A DNA stretch of 64,000 bases from Hydrolagus affinis (Eukaryota), in NCBI GenBank assembly GCA_012026655.1, contig JAAILG010000025.1, forward strand, positions 1 to 64,000. The letters run 5' to 3'. The first letter of the stretch is position 1, and each line of letters starts with the position of its first letter. Under the pieces are notes generated by a model that saw nothing but the letters and a program-made list of their open reading frames with translations, was not told where the DNA came from and searched no databases. Both the position numbers and the translations under genes were made by a program. Below, piece by piece: positions 1 to 13,490 of the stretch.

Positions 1-399
1 GCAAATCTGGTTGCTTGTATTGTCTAAAATAAGTTTCTACGGTTGTTAGAAGTTGATTACATTGGTTAGTGATATGTCAGCTTATAAAAGGTTATATTTA
101 TCAAGATAAATGCCTAGCATCATTATGTGATGTGTGAAAAATGCAACTCTAAATGTCAGTTGCCAGGGGGCCACCTATTAAACCACTCAGTTTCCCAACC
201 CGCCATTATTGCTGACAGATGCTTGTCGATGTATAGATTGATAAATGCATGTGTCTTTTTAATAGATCTTTTAATATTTAATCTTTTGGAAGGTAGAGAA
301 GACCTTCATCATTGTTGAGAATTTTTCTAGAAATGTGACTGCTGGTGTACTCTGTGATTTGCCTGTGTGCCAATGTGACATATGTAGTATTGCATTGTC

Positions 400-770
400 C
401 TCAGTAGCCAACCGAGATTTCAAACATTGAGACTTGAGCTCGTTGCCCAGGCTGACATTTGATTACAGTAGTTGGGGAAGGCTGTATTTGTCAGATGAAT
501 TTTCCAATCAGACGCCAACTAGACTTCCTTTCTGTCTGTTCAGGTGGATGTTGAAGAAACCCTGGCACTGTTTGAAAACATAAGGAAGCTTCTTCTCAGT
601 TTCCTGGCCAACAATCCTCCAGATTAATAGGTTATTTACCCGGTGCTGTTTTTTTGGGCAAGTTTCTGCTGCAAATGGCTGCTGTTTTGGCTATAGGAAC
701 AGTCGCTATGCTTGACTAGAATTACTTGTGAAGCACTTTGAGATGTTTTGATGCATTAAAATATCTTTTG
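400..770 (+). mobile_element. Old Deu-domain SINE (SacSINE1/AmnSINE1-like), degenerate
   Basis: Ordered DeuSINE-like motifs: gagacttgagc..caggctgaca, tcaggtggatgttgaagaaaccctggcact, tcctggccaaca, caaatggctgctg, tgtgaagcactttgagatg. Colinear with the copy at 51907-52696. Confidence 0.75.
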
Positions 771-2118
771 TCATACATTTACAGTGAATCGCTTTAGCCA
801 CTTAAGCACAACCCCCACCCCACAATGAAATGTTCAGAAAGTTTAATGTTACATTTTGTCTTGCTACGCATTTTTTTAATATTAAAGAAAGGACAAACTC
901 TTTTTCCTGATGCAAATTTTTAAATTAGTTTTCACGTCCAGTAATCTATTCTGTTGCTTTGTATGTTTTGCCATTTTCAATTACACTGAAATTATAGCAA
1001 ACATATAACGAGGAAAACCCTAAAACAAAAATGTATGTTTGTTAAAGATAAGCAGGATACCAGTAGTATTTGATTGAATAAAAGGCTTATCTATTTAAAC
1101 CCGTTGCTGCAGGCTATGTTAATAGTTCTGTTTAATATACTGGAATAAGAGAACCATAATCCGGTAATGATTATATCTCAACTGTCAGATGCCTAGTAAT
1201 AAATAAAGGTGTGACATTTTACTTAGGTTAAGGCTGTTGGCCACAGTTGTGGATGTTCGTATGGGTTTTTCTAACACCTTGTCTGGTAATAATTTTTTTG
1301 TAATGTTAAATTGAGATTCAACCAGCTAAAAATGCACAGCTTGCCATTGAGAGAAGTGTCTGCAAGCTTCCTGTTGCCTTTCCAGCTGAGACCACCATAC
1401 CTATATGTGCTTTGGCTTACACTGTTAACAAGAACTATGTAGGAAGAGTCCCTCCCCGCAGTGACCAGCCTATCCCGCCAAGTCAGGTAGGTTTGTCATA
1501 ACGGAGCGCTGCTGGGCTCAGGAAACTAATCTCTGAGGATTGACTTGATTGTGGGAAGCTTGACAAATCACCTATAACAGCATTGTATTGCCTGGATTCA
1601 TTAATGTTTAACCTGGTTAAATAAATTGGCCTTCAATCTGCCGAGCACCCAAAATGCTATGATGTGTTGGGTTGAGTCAGTCTTACTGATTCTCGGTTCT
1701 TCTCAGTTTGATTTAGGATCTTTTTTGATTTGAGTTGTCGAGATGTTATTGTTTGTACATGTGTCGATGTGCAGTGTGTGAAACACTCTGGGTCTGCAAA
1801 TTTGCAGCAGAGTAATACATGCTAAATTTATATTTCAGAAATTCTTCAAATCTTACGTTGCCTTCGGCTCCTGTGGAATTGTCTCATTTGCATTATAGGA
1901 TGGATTTCTTAGCACTGAAGCCACAGACGAATAACTAAAAGCCATTAGAATCATTTTTGTAAATCAAATGAAAAAAAACATGAAGGTGTTTCTACTTTCA
2001 GCATTTTGTTTTTGGTGTCATAAAATGGGAGAAAATCCAGCAAAATAGGACACAAAGGAGGGGAAATTGGCGAAAATGATCTGCCTTTCTTCTCTCTGGC
2101 TCATTCGGGAGTGTACAT

Positions 2119-2142
2119 GCGCACGCACACACACACACACAC
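2119..2142. repeat. (CA)n microsatellite
   Basis: gcgcacgcacacacacacacacac. Confidence 0.9.
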
Positions 2143-3298
2143 GTTAATTTGGGGGTATGTGAATTTTGTCAATGGATTGGAGGTCAGGGTGACTGGACAA
2201 AGTACATGTGCTAAACCTACCAATTGTCAGAACCACTGGAGCCTCTTCCTTTGTGACTCTGCTTATTTTGTGGCTTTCTCTATTATTTAAGTCAATCATT
2301 GTGCCATTGTCTGGTTTCATACAAAGAACTGTTGCAGTGTTTGAAACAGCTTTTAAACCATGGACGGTGTAAGTGAACCATCACATAATCCTATCCTGAA
2401 TGTGAAAACAAGTACAGTCGTCTTTATTTTACATACAGCATATTTGCATACATCCCCACCCATTCCAAATCTGACTCAAGATTTCTCTTTAAATTCATGG
2501 CCTTTTCAAAAGTTCAATTTGTAATTGTTACCTTTTTCTTTACAAGTAAATGGATGAGAAACCTCTTTTGATTTTGAATGCCATAGCCAATTGCTTCATC
2601 ATCGCATTTTCCCCTGCCTTCGAGGGTGGTAAATTGCCAGAGTTAGTGAGAGAAGAATTCAAGTTGGTGAAACTGGAACAGGGAGTGCCTGGCTTCTGTG
2701 CCCTCTGTGGCAGGTGGCTGGCCCTGGTGACAGAGTTGCTGGCAATTTTTCTTTTCTCACTCTTTTTCCACCATCTCCCCCCCGCCCCCTTGTGCTTGCC
2801 CTGATGGCTTGTTGCAGGCTACCATCTGGACATCTGTGCATTTGAGAGAATTGACTATATTCAGGCTGTCAAAAACAGTCTGCGTACACAGAATTTGATT
2901 AGTGGGTCTTAGAAGGGATCAGAGTATTTAGAACATGGGCATTAAAAAGAAAACGCCAAAGATCACACTCATCAGTCATCACTGCATTTAATTTGTTTTT
3001 TAAAGTAGTAAAATAAATTAGAAATAAGATTGTTTTTTTTCCAGATCATAAGAGGATTGGAGTAACCAATAGTTGGACTACTAGTATTCTTGATATTTAA
3101 CTTCAGTTTTGGTCCCAACATGATTGTCCTGTTTACTGCTGGACGAACCAAAGTACAATATTGCATTGTAAATAGATGAGTTTAAGAAATAATTTCAAGC
3201 AAGTTGAATGGAGTATATGGAAATTAATGCTGTTTAATTTAAGATGGAGTATCCATCACTGTTTGTGTACATTGAATTGTATAGCGTTTAGCTGCAAG

Positions 3299-3463
3299 TA
3301 ATAATAATAATAATCCTTGCATTTGAGTTAGCACTTTTCACATCTTATCGACGACTCAAAGCGCCTCACAGAATATACCCACATACACTAAAGTGAATTG
3401 ACTGTATATTTGTGGGTGAAATGCGGTAGCCAATTGCGCACAGCAGTGTCCCCACAAACAGTC
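3299..3463 (-). mobile_element. Family A tRNA-SINE, 3' half
   Basis: (taa)n-tccttgcatttg...ccaattgcgcacagcagtgtccccacaaacagtc is the reverse complement of the 3' part of the full copies. Confidence 0.92.
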
Positions 3464-4123
3464 AAAAAGAGAGAGGGAGAATTCAGGAGATGCCTCTGCA
3501 GGAGTAGAATGCTATTTTTGATGCTGGTTGCTGTACATTAGAATTATGAACTTCCCATATATCCATTGTTTTTTTATTTTCCCTGTTATTCTTTTCATGT
3601 TTTTCGTGCTATCATTTGTCCAGTGAACGTTGCAGAGTTGCAGATTGTGAGCAACTTAGATCAGTGCTCAGAATCCCGGAGGTTGATTTGTACAGTATTT
3701 GGAAGTTTATTCTGAGCTGATATTCCGGGAGAGATCAGATTGAAGATTTAAGAGGTTTTAGCTCGTTTCTTTCTGAGCAAATTCTTATCCGAAGCTTTAG
3801 GTGATCGTTGAGTTTTCACTTTATAAGCTAACTTTTTTTTTACTGGTTTCTTCCGGGTTTGCTGGAAAACGCATGCAGAAAACACTTTTTTTTGTAATTT
3901 GTTGTAACAGAGTTTTGCTTCAGCTGCCTAGAATTCCAGAGAAGTTTGGGTTTGGCAGTTCTGTTTCATGCAGAACCTCCCTCCAAGAGAATACTGACAT
4001 GGGTTGGCAGGAGCCGAAGCAGTTAGAATCACTAAGTGTGTGTACGAGAGAGGAGAGGTGGTGGTGCTAGAATTTAACCAGTTTACCAGTTCTAATTACT
4101 GGACAGTTTCCCGCTAATTGACT

Positions 4124-4190
4124 AGCCTCGGGACGTCCTTCTGACGTGAAAGGCGCCGCTATACAAGTGTCATTTTGTTGTTGTTGTTGT
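4124..4190 (+). mobile_element. L2-clade LINE 3' terminus
   Basis: gggacgtccttctgacgtgaaaggcgc..tatacaag..(ttg)n. The same tail is attached to ORF2-coding fragments elsewhere in the window. Confidence 0.85.
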
Positions 4191-5570
4191 AGCTTGTTAC
4201 CTCTCCTTTCACATTGTGATGTTGGCTTTCAAGGTTATCAGGAGGGAGCTACGTCGAAAGAATCATCGCATCCAGGGACATAGAGTTGGGTTACAATAAC
4301 ATTACAGTTCATGTGCGCAAATGGAAGCTTATTTGTAAGAGATTTCTATTTTGGCCCCCTTGCCAGAGATAGAAATACACTGGCTATATTTATACCACTT
4401 TCCTTCTGCACCTCCCACTTAAATACTGAGAAACCTACAAACTATTTTCCAACACTGTTCTGTACCAGTTGAATATTGGCCAGCATTCTCCCAGTGCCTC
4501 GGCACTTTTGTGCAGCTCAGTGTCACTCATTTGGCCCTGCATTCAATGTGCTAAAGTGCAGCTCCTTACAGTCCATTCACTCTGCAGTTTATAATCAGGT
4601 TAAGGGCTGTCAAAGACATCGAAAGCATGTACTTGATAAATAATCGCACAAAAAAAAGCATCTGTCCGCAACACGGGACAGCCTCCTCACCTATCATGTC
4701 ATCGAGAGTAAAATCAATTGAGAAGGACAAATTGCACTAATTTGTGCAATTAGAGGAACAATTCTATAGCCTGGGTGTTTTGCCTCTCGTATCCCAACAA
4801 ACTGGATAATCTGATGTGATCTATCTGGTGTAATCAGGATGTTGGATACTCGAGTCACAAAACAAGAGAGTCTTGAGAATCCAGCTCCTAATCACCTTGT
4901 GCTGCAAACGTCACATTGCAAATGAAAAGCCATTTTACCGCCAGTACTGTACTATCAGCGATGCTTTTTTGAGTTAGCAAGTTGCACAACACACAGAGCA
5001 AGGTTTGTGGCCTGCAAATTGTGGCTAACACTACAGCGAAAGAGAACCATCGATTTTAGTATTCTTTTAGGTCATTTCCCACCCAACGTCTTAATGTTTG
5101 AAATGTATTTGTTTTGGAGCTCGGTGGTCAAACAAAATTGCTTATTTCAGAAACCTCTGCACCAATGCCTCTTCTGCCACTGGCGATTGATTTTTTGAAG
5201 TGATAAGAGTCTTCACAGCAGTATCTCAAAAGTAGGAACGACAGCAGTCCCGTTAGATCATTTTTCCTTTTAGAAGACATTAAAATTGGAGCCCTTAATA
5301 TGCTAATCTAATCTCGATAGGGATACATTATCATTTCAAATATTCACTTTGATTATTCATGTGTCACAGTCTTCATATTCTACACCAAGAGATGGACATT
5401 TGTCAAATTCTAGGAACGGATGACGCTTTCATCCATTCCATTTGCGGTTCCTTTGTGAATCAAACGAGAAAAGGGATAAACCTGCCCGATACAGAATTAA
5501 ATTTCCGTGTTAATGTAAATTATTGAACCTGATTATTTAAACCAACCAAGCAATATTTACATGCACACAT

Positions 5571-6060
5571 CAATCAATCAATCAATCAATCAATCCTTAC
5601 GCTTATATAGCACCTTTCACATCGAGAGGACGTCCCAAGGCGCTGTACAGTTAGGTANNNNNNNNNNNNNNNNNNNNNNNNNNNNNNNNNNNNNNNNNNN
5701 NNNNNNNNNNNNNNNNNNNNNNNNNNNNNNNNNNNNNNNNNNNNNNNNNNNNNNNNNAAGGTGGGTGGGGGGGGGCAAAATCAGGGAGAAAGGGGGGCAA
5801 GAGGGAAGAGGGAGAGAAGGCGAAAAGCGGGAAGAGAAAGTGGAGAAAGGGAGTGAGGGAAGAAGAAGAGGGTGGGAGGAAGGCCAGGGGGCGGGTGGTG
5901 GGGGGAATCAAACAACAATAATAAACAAAATCAACAATATTAACAATAAAAACAATAAGTCAACAACTAAGAATAGTCCAGTAATCACTCCTTCTCACCG
6001 CCGCCCGCCCGGACCATCTTCAAGATGGCGGGCAACAGGGCCCAGCTCTGTTTAGCTCTC
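5571..6060 (-). mobile_element. L2-clade LINE spanning the assembly gap (3' tail left of the gap, probable 5' region right of it)
   Basis: (caat)n tail plus gcacctttcacatcgagaggacgtcccaaggcgctg at 5571-5657. After the gap come purine-rich, AAC-rich and CpG-rich segments unlike the flanking DNA. That both sides belong to one element is inference. Confidence 0.6.
5658..5757. other. Assembly gap (100 N)
   Basis: Run of exactly 100 N, typical of a placeholder for a gap of unknown size. Confidence 0.99.
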
Positions 6061-7575
6061 GTTAACGAGATTAGGAATTGTACAGAGTTTGTTTGCTCAT
6101 CAGCACAAGGTATATTAATATTATTTATATTTTGGTCTGGTTAATTGTAGCCAAGGTGCAGGCAGCAAACCTGCAATCTTCTGGTATGGTACTGGTACCA
6201 GATAAGATCTTTACACACTAGGCTACTTAAAGAGCTCAATTGTAGCGTTTTTTTTGTGTGTGTGTTTATTAGCCGTTGCAATTATGTCCCAAATGAAGCT
6301 TGTAAAATCCTCACTGGTGTTTAGAGGGTGAAGTTAGCTTACGAATAATGGAACTGATCCGAACCAGCAACTTGACTCCTTCTTAACCTTCAACAGTTTT
6401 AAAATGTCTGATGTTCTCCAACAGACCATTATTATTCATTAATATTTTATGGATAGTTATGTGGAGACGAACTGTCTTCAGATGTATTGATTTTTTTTTC
6501 TGAATCATTTTGTATCTTTTTCAAATTTCAGCCACATGAAACTATCTACTGTTCCTTTGAAACGGACACAAATTTAAGCAAATTAGGAAACCGTTGAGTG
6601 CAAATTTTTCAAGGGTCATTAATTCTCTGGATTCAAATGATTCAGTTGTATATTTCTTGCATTCTGCTTTGCAGGAAGTAGTGGCAGCGCACATCAAACC
6701 AAGTTTAGAATTGCCACAAATCTTGATTGTGACCCATTGTATCAGTGTGAAACTCTTGTTAATCATATTTGTGCTTCCAATTTGGGAACTTATCGATCTG
6801 ATACAATTTGGGGGTATTTTTGTCGAGGAACTTTCTCATGCCACATTAACTGCTTTCCAATTTCAGCTATCCTCCTCCCCCCACCACCATTTAATCGTAG
6901 ATTCAAACCCATCAGTCTTGCAGATCGTGTTCCAGCATTGCCCTTGAGAATCTTGACATTTCATTTTCCCTATGTGCAAATCAAAACAGCATTAATGGGC
7001 CACAAAAAAGAAAGGGAACGAAGAATCCATTTATTAAATAAATTAAATTTCATGTATCCCGTAACAGCAATTATCACAAGGCACAAATATTCTTTCAGCT
7101 CCAAATTAAGAGATTTAAAGCAAACTGACTTCCATAATGTGTGTTGCCGCTTACAGCAAATCCAAGGCAGACTAGATCCTTTAACACTAATTGTAAAATG
7201 AGAATACCTAATAAGCTTAGGATTTGAAACCAAAAATTTTGATGTTTTGGTGTAACAGAGCACCTGCAAAATGTTTGCCTTGCCAAAAAAAATTGTCACT
7301 TCATTTGATATTTTGCAACACATGATCAAAAGACCAAACAATGAAGTTGTGCACTGAACGGAAACATTAGTCTTGCATATTCTAGTGTTTATTTATTACA
7401 GTGTATAGTGGAACATGAAATATTGATTGTTTCTTCAATGTATCCAGTGCCATGATCCTAGTTCCTTTATTCCAGTCTTTGATTTCCTTCTGCAGAAATA
7501 AATCTTTACTGGTGATTATGCTGAATGTGTCTTTCATCTCCCTTCCAATAACATTTATTTGTATCAATATGATAT

Positions 7576-7850
7576 AACAACAACAACAACATGGATTTAT
7601 ATAGCGCCCTCCATGATGGAGCGCTTCACAATAATAGATCCCGGGGCTGAGCCAGGGCGAAGGGGAAAAAGGTGACCAAAATCACAGTCGAAAAGAAAGG
7701 TATTTAGCAGTGACCTGAAAATAGGAAAAGAGTGGATGAGGCGAAGGGAGTGAGGAAGGGAGTTCTAGAGCCTCGGGGCGTAGTGGCTGAAGGTACGGCT
7801 GCTGACGGTGGAGCGGAGGACTTGGGGGACAATGAGGAGGCCAGACCCAG
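7576..7850 (-). mobile_element. L2 LINE 3' fragment including the ORF2 C-terminus
   Basis: (aac)n tail. The minus strand encodes SGLLIVPQVLRSTVSSRTFSHYAPRL*NSLP, matching the L2/CR1 ORF2 end motif (LxVP...RAFSxxAPxLWNSLP). Confidence 0.9.
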
Positions 7851-10800
7851 ATGGGATTAATATTTTCTGGATATCATCTTTACAAATCAATATAAACATT
7901 TTACAAAATGAAAATGGAAAACTAAGGGGACAACAAACACCTAATTGTATCCCAATCTGGTCACGGCTTAGTGTTGCACACTGCACTCAACAGGTGCTGC
8001 TGACAATAAGACCATTCTTAGTGCATACCTTTGGCGTATTGCATTTCCACGGTGCAGGGTAGATGGTGGCAGGTAGAAATCTGCTCTCAGTCATTACCCT
8101 GATATTCAGTATCTGTTTACAACTAATTATACACAGTTCAATCTGAGCTCTGCAAATAGAAGTGCAAATTACTGCTGTGTGGTTTCCTAGGCTGTGTTCG
8201 GAGCAGCTACCTTTCATTCAGAAAGGTGCATGCTGACTAGCCCAAGGTCACTTAACTTCTGCTTACAAGGTAGATCTGTTATAAATTGGTTTACTTGCAT
8301 GGTATTTGTGTACTTTAATATATAAATGGTGTATATTGATGGCCTCGGTTAAATCTATGCAGTATTAATACAGTTCTGTGTCTAGTTCATGCAGAAAGAC
8401 ACCAATTTCCGTCAAAGTGATATGTTAAAGCTGGTGTGTCTTATGTTTCGGTGGATGGAGAAACGGTCTTTGTTTAAAAACAAATTGAACAGGAAATAAA
8501 CATTGTGATGAGAAATGAGTAGGAATGCACATCTTATGGTAGACGGAGAAAGTGAATACTGTACGTGGAAATATTGTACAACAGACTTGCAGTGTGGTTG
8601 GAGATCTGTTTGACCCCCTGATTTTAGTATTGAATAGTTCATCATCACTACAGGAATCTTCGCAATAGAATTCATATTTCTTTCTTATTGCCTATTCCCT
8701 TCCTCACCCCCAACCCCAAACTCACACACGCCCTTTCACACTTGAGAATAGATGAGAGGCAAATTAAGTTAAATGCAACTTGATTCCCCAAACTCCCTTT
8801 TTTATTATGGAACTAACTCTTCACTCATAATGATTATTCCAAACCTACACAATACTTGCTACTGTTTTAGTTTACAATAATAATTCAGACAATTTCCTTC
8901 AATGTGGTTTACGTTCCATGTCCATTCATACAAAAAAAATTCAACAACCTGAGGTGATGAAAGTTGTACATGACACGGCAACTGATCATTTCTGATAGAT
9001 TCATTTTGGCAGCAAAACGGAAAATGTGTAGGTTGTTAGGAAGTTTGCAAGTTATTTACAACACAAAGTCTTTCAGGAATATCAGCACCTGGTTTGATTG
9101 ATGAGGTATATGGTATTTCTTAAAATGAAAACTGCATGGCAAGTAGTTGGAAGGGATTGAATGACATGGTTACAAACCTCAGGTAAAAATTGTGAGCTAA
9201 AGTTTCAGCGTGTGATTGCCAGATAAAATGAACTGAACTCATGAAAATGTTCTCTTTCGAGCAAAGTGATGGTACCTCACCACAGATAATAGCAACGTGG
9301 AATTTGGGATGTCATATTTTATTTAAGGAAAGCTTTTTTGCAAGTATAATTATATCGGTCTAATTTACTTTATGTGACGAGGAAATGTATTCACTATCTG
9401 CAGTTAATAAGTCATCCTGAAGTGTATTCAAAGCTTTGGAATACAGGGTTGTGCTCCTCGTAAGTCATGTAGTTAGAGCAGAGTTTCGATGCTTTTGAAG
9501 CTTATTTGAGTAAATGACTTGGTCTTCCGCATAAATGCTCTGCAGATGAATTAAAATGACTGTAAAGCAATAGTCTCAGTAAGCCCCATTATTGGTTGTC
9601 ATGACCACACTGCTTTTTCTTTTGCTTGTTCGTATATTATATAATTACTTGCCAAGAGCTGCGTCGAGGCCAATTATTCAGCCAGTCTCTTGGTTTTTTT
9701 TCTCTCTCCCCAAACTATTACTGCTTTTGATACCTTCATTTAATCTCTATTACTACTATCAGGCGGTCATTATTTACAGAATTTCATTGCATAAAATAAC
9801 TGCCAAGTTGATTTTGAATGGTATTAACAACACATTTCTTTCAACTAGTTCAAAGGGAATAATTGGTGAGCTGGATAACTACTGTAATATGAATTTGAAT
9901 TGAATCCTTGGGACCCTATCAACATTTGCAAAAGATGTGGAGGACAAGTCTTCATATCACAATGCATTTATTGAGGTATGGTAGAAGAGGGGAAATAAAT
10001 CTCTCTGGCTTTTGTTCATGTAAACAAGTGGCTTATTTTCATATTAACAGCAGGATTATATTTGCCAAAGAATAAGTTGAATTGGTTAAGCCCTCCTCTT
10101 GAAATGAAGGGAGTTATAGTGCTATATCAAATTCAAGGATTATTATACTATATTATTATTTTGTGTTTTAGGTCACCTGATTCAACAAACGGATGACTGG
10201 TAACTTCAATTAGCGATCGGTAACAGCTTACTAAGAGGTGTATGTCTCTAGATTTTGATTCCCTTCTCTGCCATTGTTTGTGTGTAGTAGCTGATGGAAG
10301 AGGGGCTTGTTGATGGGGGGGAAAAAACTGAGTGAGCTCATACCTGAGCAAGAGGTAAGGCATCCCATTATCCCCTTCTGAAGGCATTCAAGAAATAGGT
10401 AGCAGAGCTGACTTTGTTAACGCAGAAAAATCGATTTGAAGATAATGACAACCCCAACCTAGTTGAATAATATTCCTTGCAAATTAAGACTGAATCGTAG
10501 ATGTTTCAAACAATTGCGCAATCTTAAATTTTAAGACCGTCATATTTTGTGAACGACTGAGCAGTTTTATGGCTTGATAGTTTTATTCCAGTTATGCAAC
10601 ACAAATATTACTCATATTTTATCAAGGAATGAAAATCTGTAGTATACCACCATGTTCCCAACAGAATGCTTTATGATATTTATTGCTTCTTCTGTAGTTT
10701 ATATTGTCCATATCATTTGCTGAAATGATACAAGTACAGTACAGTACTTGCATCTTGTGTCCTCCCCCTGCTGGTATCATTTGTTGGAAGCGAGACCGAT

Positions 10801-11164
10801 ATAGAGTAGTTTAAAGAGATTACTTGGATTGCCTGACATCTGTTGAGAATCACAAGTGAAATGAGTTCTGGCAATCTCAGCCCATTCTTAGTGCTTTATT
10901 ATTAAGACCATATAAGTGGAGTCCAAAAGAATTTCTGAGCTGCGGTGCCTAATGAATAGAGGAATGTTTACGTAAATGCATAGACAAAAGAAGCAAAATC
11001 AAAGTCAATTTAGAAAGCAGTGGGAAGAGATTCTAAACTGGAGCATAATCGTTTATAGCACAGTTAAATAAATACGGTCATTTATTGGAGACTGTAGACA
11101 CTGGATTTATAGGCAAATACTGTACCTACACTGAATGTAGCAGAAGAAAGCACTGTACAGCTGA

Positions 11165-11357
11165 AATTGCACACAGCGGTGTCCCACAAACAGTCGTGAA
11201 TTGAAATGACCAATTTTATTATTGTGTTTTTTTTGGGATGGATTATTATTAGGTGTGTGGGGTAAGGAAACTTGCCCAAGGTTTTGCCCTGACCTGCCTG
11301 GATTCGAACACAGGTCTAACGCTTGTAAGGCGAGTGCTCTAACCACTACATGAGCTC
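11165..11357 (-). mobile_element. Family A SINE, 5' portion (tail missing)
   Basis: Reverse-complement B box (ggattcgaac), partial A box (ctctaaccact) and body match the full copies. Confidence 0.9.
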
Positions 11358-11416
11358 ATGTGGGTATGGGGACGGCAGGGGAAAGAGATCTTTAAACAAT
11401 TGACTATACAGCTAAA

Positions 11417-11610
11417 TACAATAAAATCCCGTTTATCCAGCATCCGATCAACTTCCGTATAACTGACATTGCAAAAAAAAAAGTCTGCATTCGATTAACC
11501 AGAATTTATCCGGAATAATGCATTTTGTGTTTTTGGCCGAATATCTGGCGGGTGCTTTAACCGTTAACCACCAGGTCCCGAGGGTGCCAGATAAATGGGC
11601 TTTTATTGTA
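11417..11610. mobile_element. Tc1/mariner (pogo/Tigger-type) MITE, about 190 bp
   Basis: TA-flanked terminal inverted repeats: TAcaataaaatcccgtttatccagcatcc ... gggtgccagataaatgggcttttattgTA, about 24/29 complementary. Confidence 0.85.
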
Positions 11611-13212
11611 TGTGTGATTATATAGTTGGTTTGGGGAGTAATATGGTACTTAATGTAGTTTATGAATTCCCCTTGACCACAGTTCACTTATTTCTTACAC
11701 GGATGACACTGATAACATCGGCTTTTGCCCTGTAATGAACTATCGCTTTGCCAAGTCTATCTGTGCAAATGCTCTTTATTTCAAGTTAAAAGTACCAGAG
11801 GTGTGACATGAACAAATAGTTTCAACAGGTTTCTTGAATTAAAGTGAATGTGAAAATTATCTTTTTGGTCTAATTTGCAGTGCACGGGTCTTTTCTCCAA
11901 CAACGTAACATTTTAATGTCTGACAAATAGGACATGAAATTAACTTTAATTCCCCCTTTCATTCTGTGTTTTGTTTTCAATTGTTTTTATGTTCCACTTT
12001 GGAAAATCCCATTTTTCAGTGTAAAAGTAGGACAGACCATTTGAGTTTCCAATAGAATGATGCCAAACCTTCAATGTGTTTGTGCGATTCTCTGAGCTTG
12101 CAGAGAGAACATGGCATGGACTAGATTTCCAAATATTGAGTGAGAATCGTTCTTCGCATTCATGTTCACGACCTCATGTCAGAGAACTAGATGTTTGTCA
12201 GACCTAGTTCGAGATTTAATTTCTTTCGGGATTCAAATGTACCTTAAATATCCCCCCAAATAACTAAATCTTGGAAGATGTCACCACTGCAGGACTCGGC
12301 AGAGGAATTTCCCTGGGGAGGATACCCAACTAAGCAGTGAATTGGATTTCTAAAACTGCGTTAACAGCGATTTCAGTTTCCCCAATTCATTATTTTCCTT
12401 ATTCTTCAGTATTATGCTTAGTCAGATCTCCCCATTGACCACAGAGTCCACGACAACTTGCGCATAATATATTGCCCTTCGTGTTCGATGAGCACCTTGA
12501 AGCTCTTCGCACAGAGATGAATAAATTACTGAAGAGTGGGTACTCAGAATGGGACAATTAGCTCCAATAGGTACAAATGTATGTAAACATAACGTATGTA
12601 AAAATACATTATTGGGAACTTGATTTTATCCAGATACTGTTACTCCTACAGTAAATACATAACTAGCTGTGATGGTAAATGAAAAAGGATTGTGAATTTG
12701 CTAATAAATTGCACAGTCTGAAATGTTAAACTGAAACTGCTTCAGTCTTATCGAGTTAGATCTTTGCCATTATTTATATTGTGTTGAATGAAATGGTTTG
12801 TGCTTGGAAACTTGCTGATTTTCAGCCAAAATTGATCTCACTAGATTTTTATCTTGGGTGAACTCCGCTATATCAATTTTATGCATTGTTCATATTGAAA
12901 ATGAAACGTTTCGCTTGCCAAAAGCACGGAGTACTCTAGGGTTTAGGTGCACTGCATAGAATTAACTGACAGCTGCTTGGCGAATGCAAGGGAAATAAAT
13001 CTGTTTTCAGTATTTCTAAAGGACCAACTGTTCTTTACATTTTGTTTGCTTTTCATTTTATTTTTGAGGGTGAAGTCTTTCCAGGTTTGAAAACCTGAAT
13101 TGTCTCTCCCCCACCACCACCACCCCCACTCCCATCCCCTCTCTTCCAAATATGTTTCATGTTTTGGATGACTGATATCTAAATCCAGAATTCATAACCA
13201 TGACATGATTTA

Positions 13213-13298
13213 GTGTGTTGCTTGGCTCATTGGGTGGCACTTTCTGAGTCAGAATTTCGTTGGTTTAAGCCCCAATTCTAGACTTGGAACTCAAAGTC
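13213..13298 (+). mobile_element. DeuSINE-type tRNA head fragment
   Basis: tggctcattgggtggcactttctgagtcagaa..ggtttaagcccca..agacttg resembles the heads at 36999 and 51907. Confidence 0.55.
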
Positions 13299-13321
13299 AT
13301 TCTAAGCTTTGCTTACAATTT

Positions 13322-13490
13322 AACACATCATTTATATAGTGTCTTTAATGTTGGGAGGACTAAGCAATCCTGGTTTGCCGCCTGGGGTGAGAGCTATAGA
13401 TGGTGGGAAGGGGAAAGATGACCGAAAGCACGATCAAGGAGATAGACTTTGTCTTGAGGTGGGCCTTGAATGAGAGAGAGAGAGTGAGAG
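13322..13490 (-). mobile_element. Degenerate L2 3' fragment
   Basis: atttatatagtgtctttaatgttgggagg..gatgaccgaaagcacgatcaag parallels the copies at 7576 and 24619. Confidence 0.7.

Noticed and set aside
4786-4854. Imperfect hairpin ctcgtatcccaac..gttggatactcgag (similar weak ones at 12337-12390 and 19586-19730)
   Set aside because: The arms are short and gapped, compatible with chance or heavily decayed MITE centres.
5561-6055. 164-aa ORF, the longest in the track
   Set aside because: It spans the N gap and low-complexity repeat sequence.
8000-8260. Possible LF-SINE-like relic on the minus strand (similar faint hints at about 23600-23830)
   Set aside because: Only a few short word matches, which I cannot support without a profile search.
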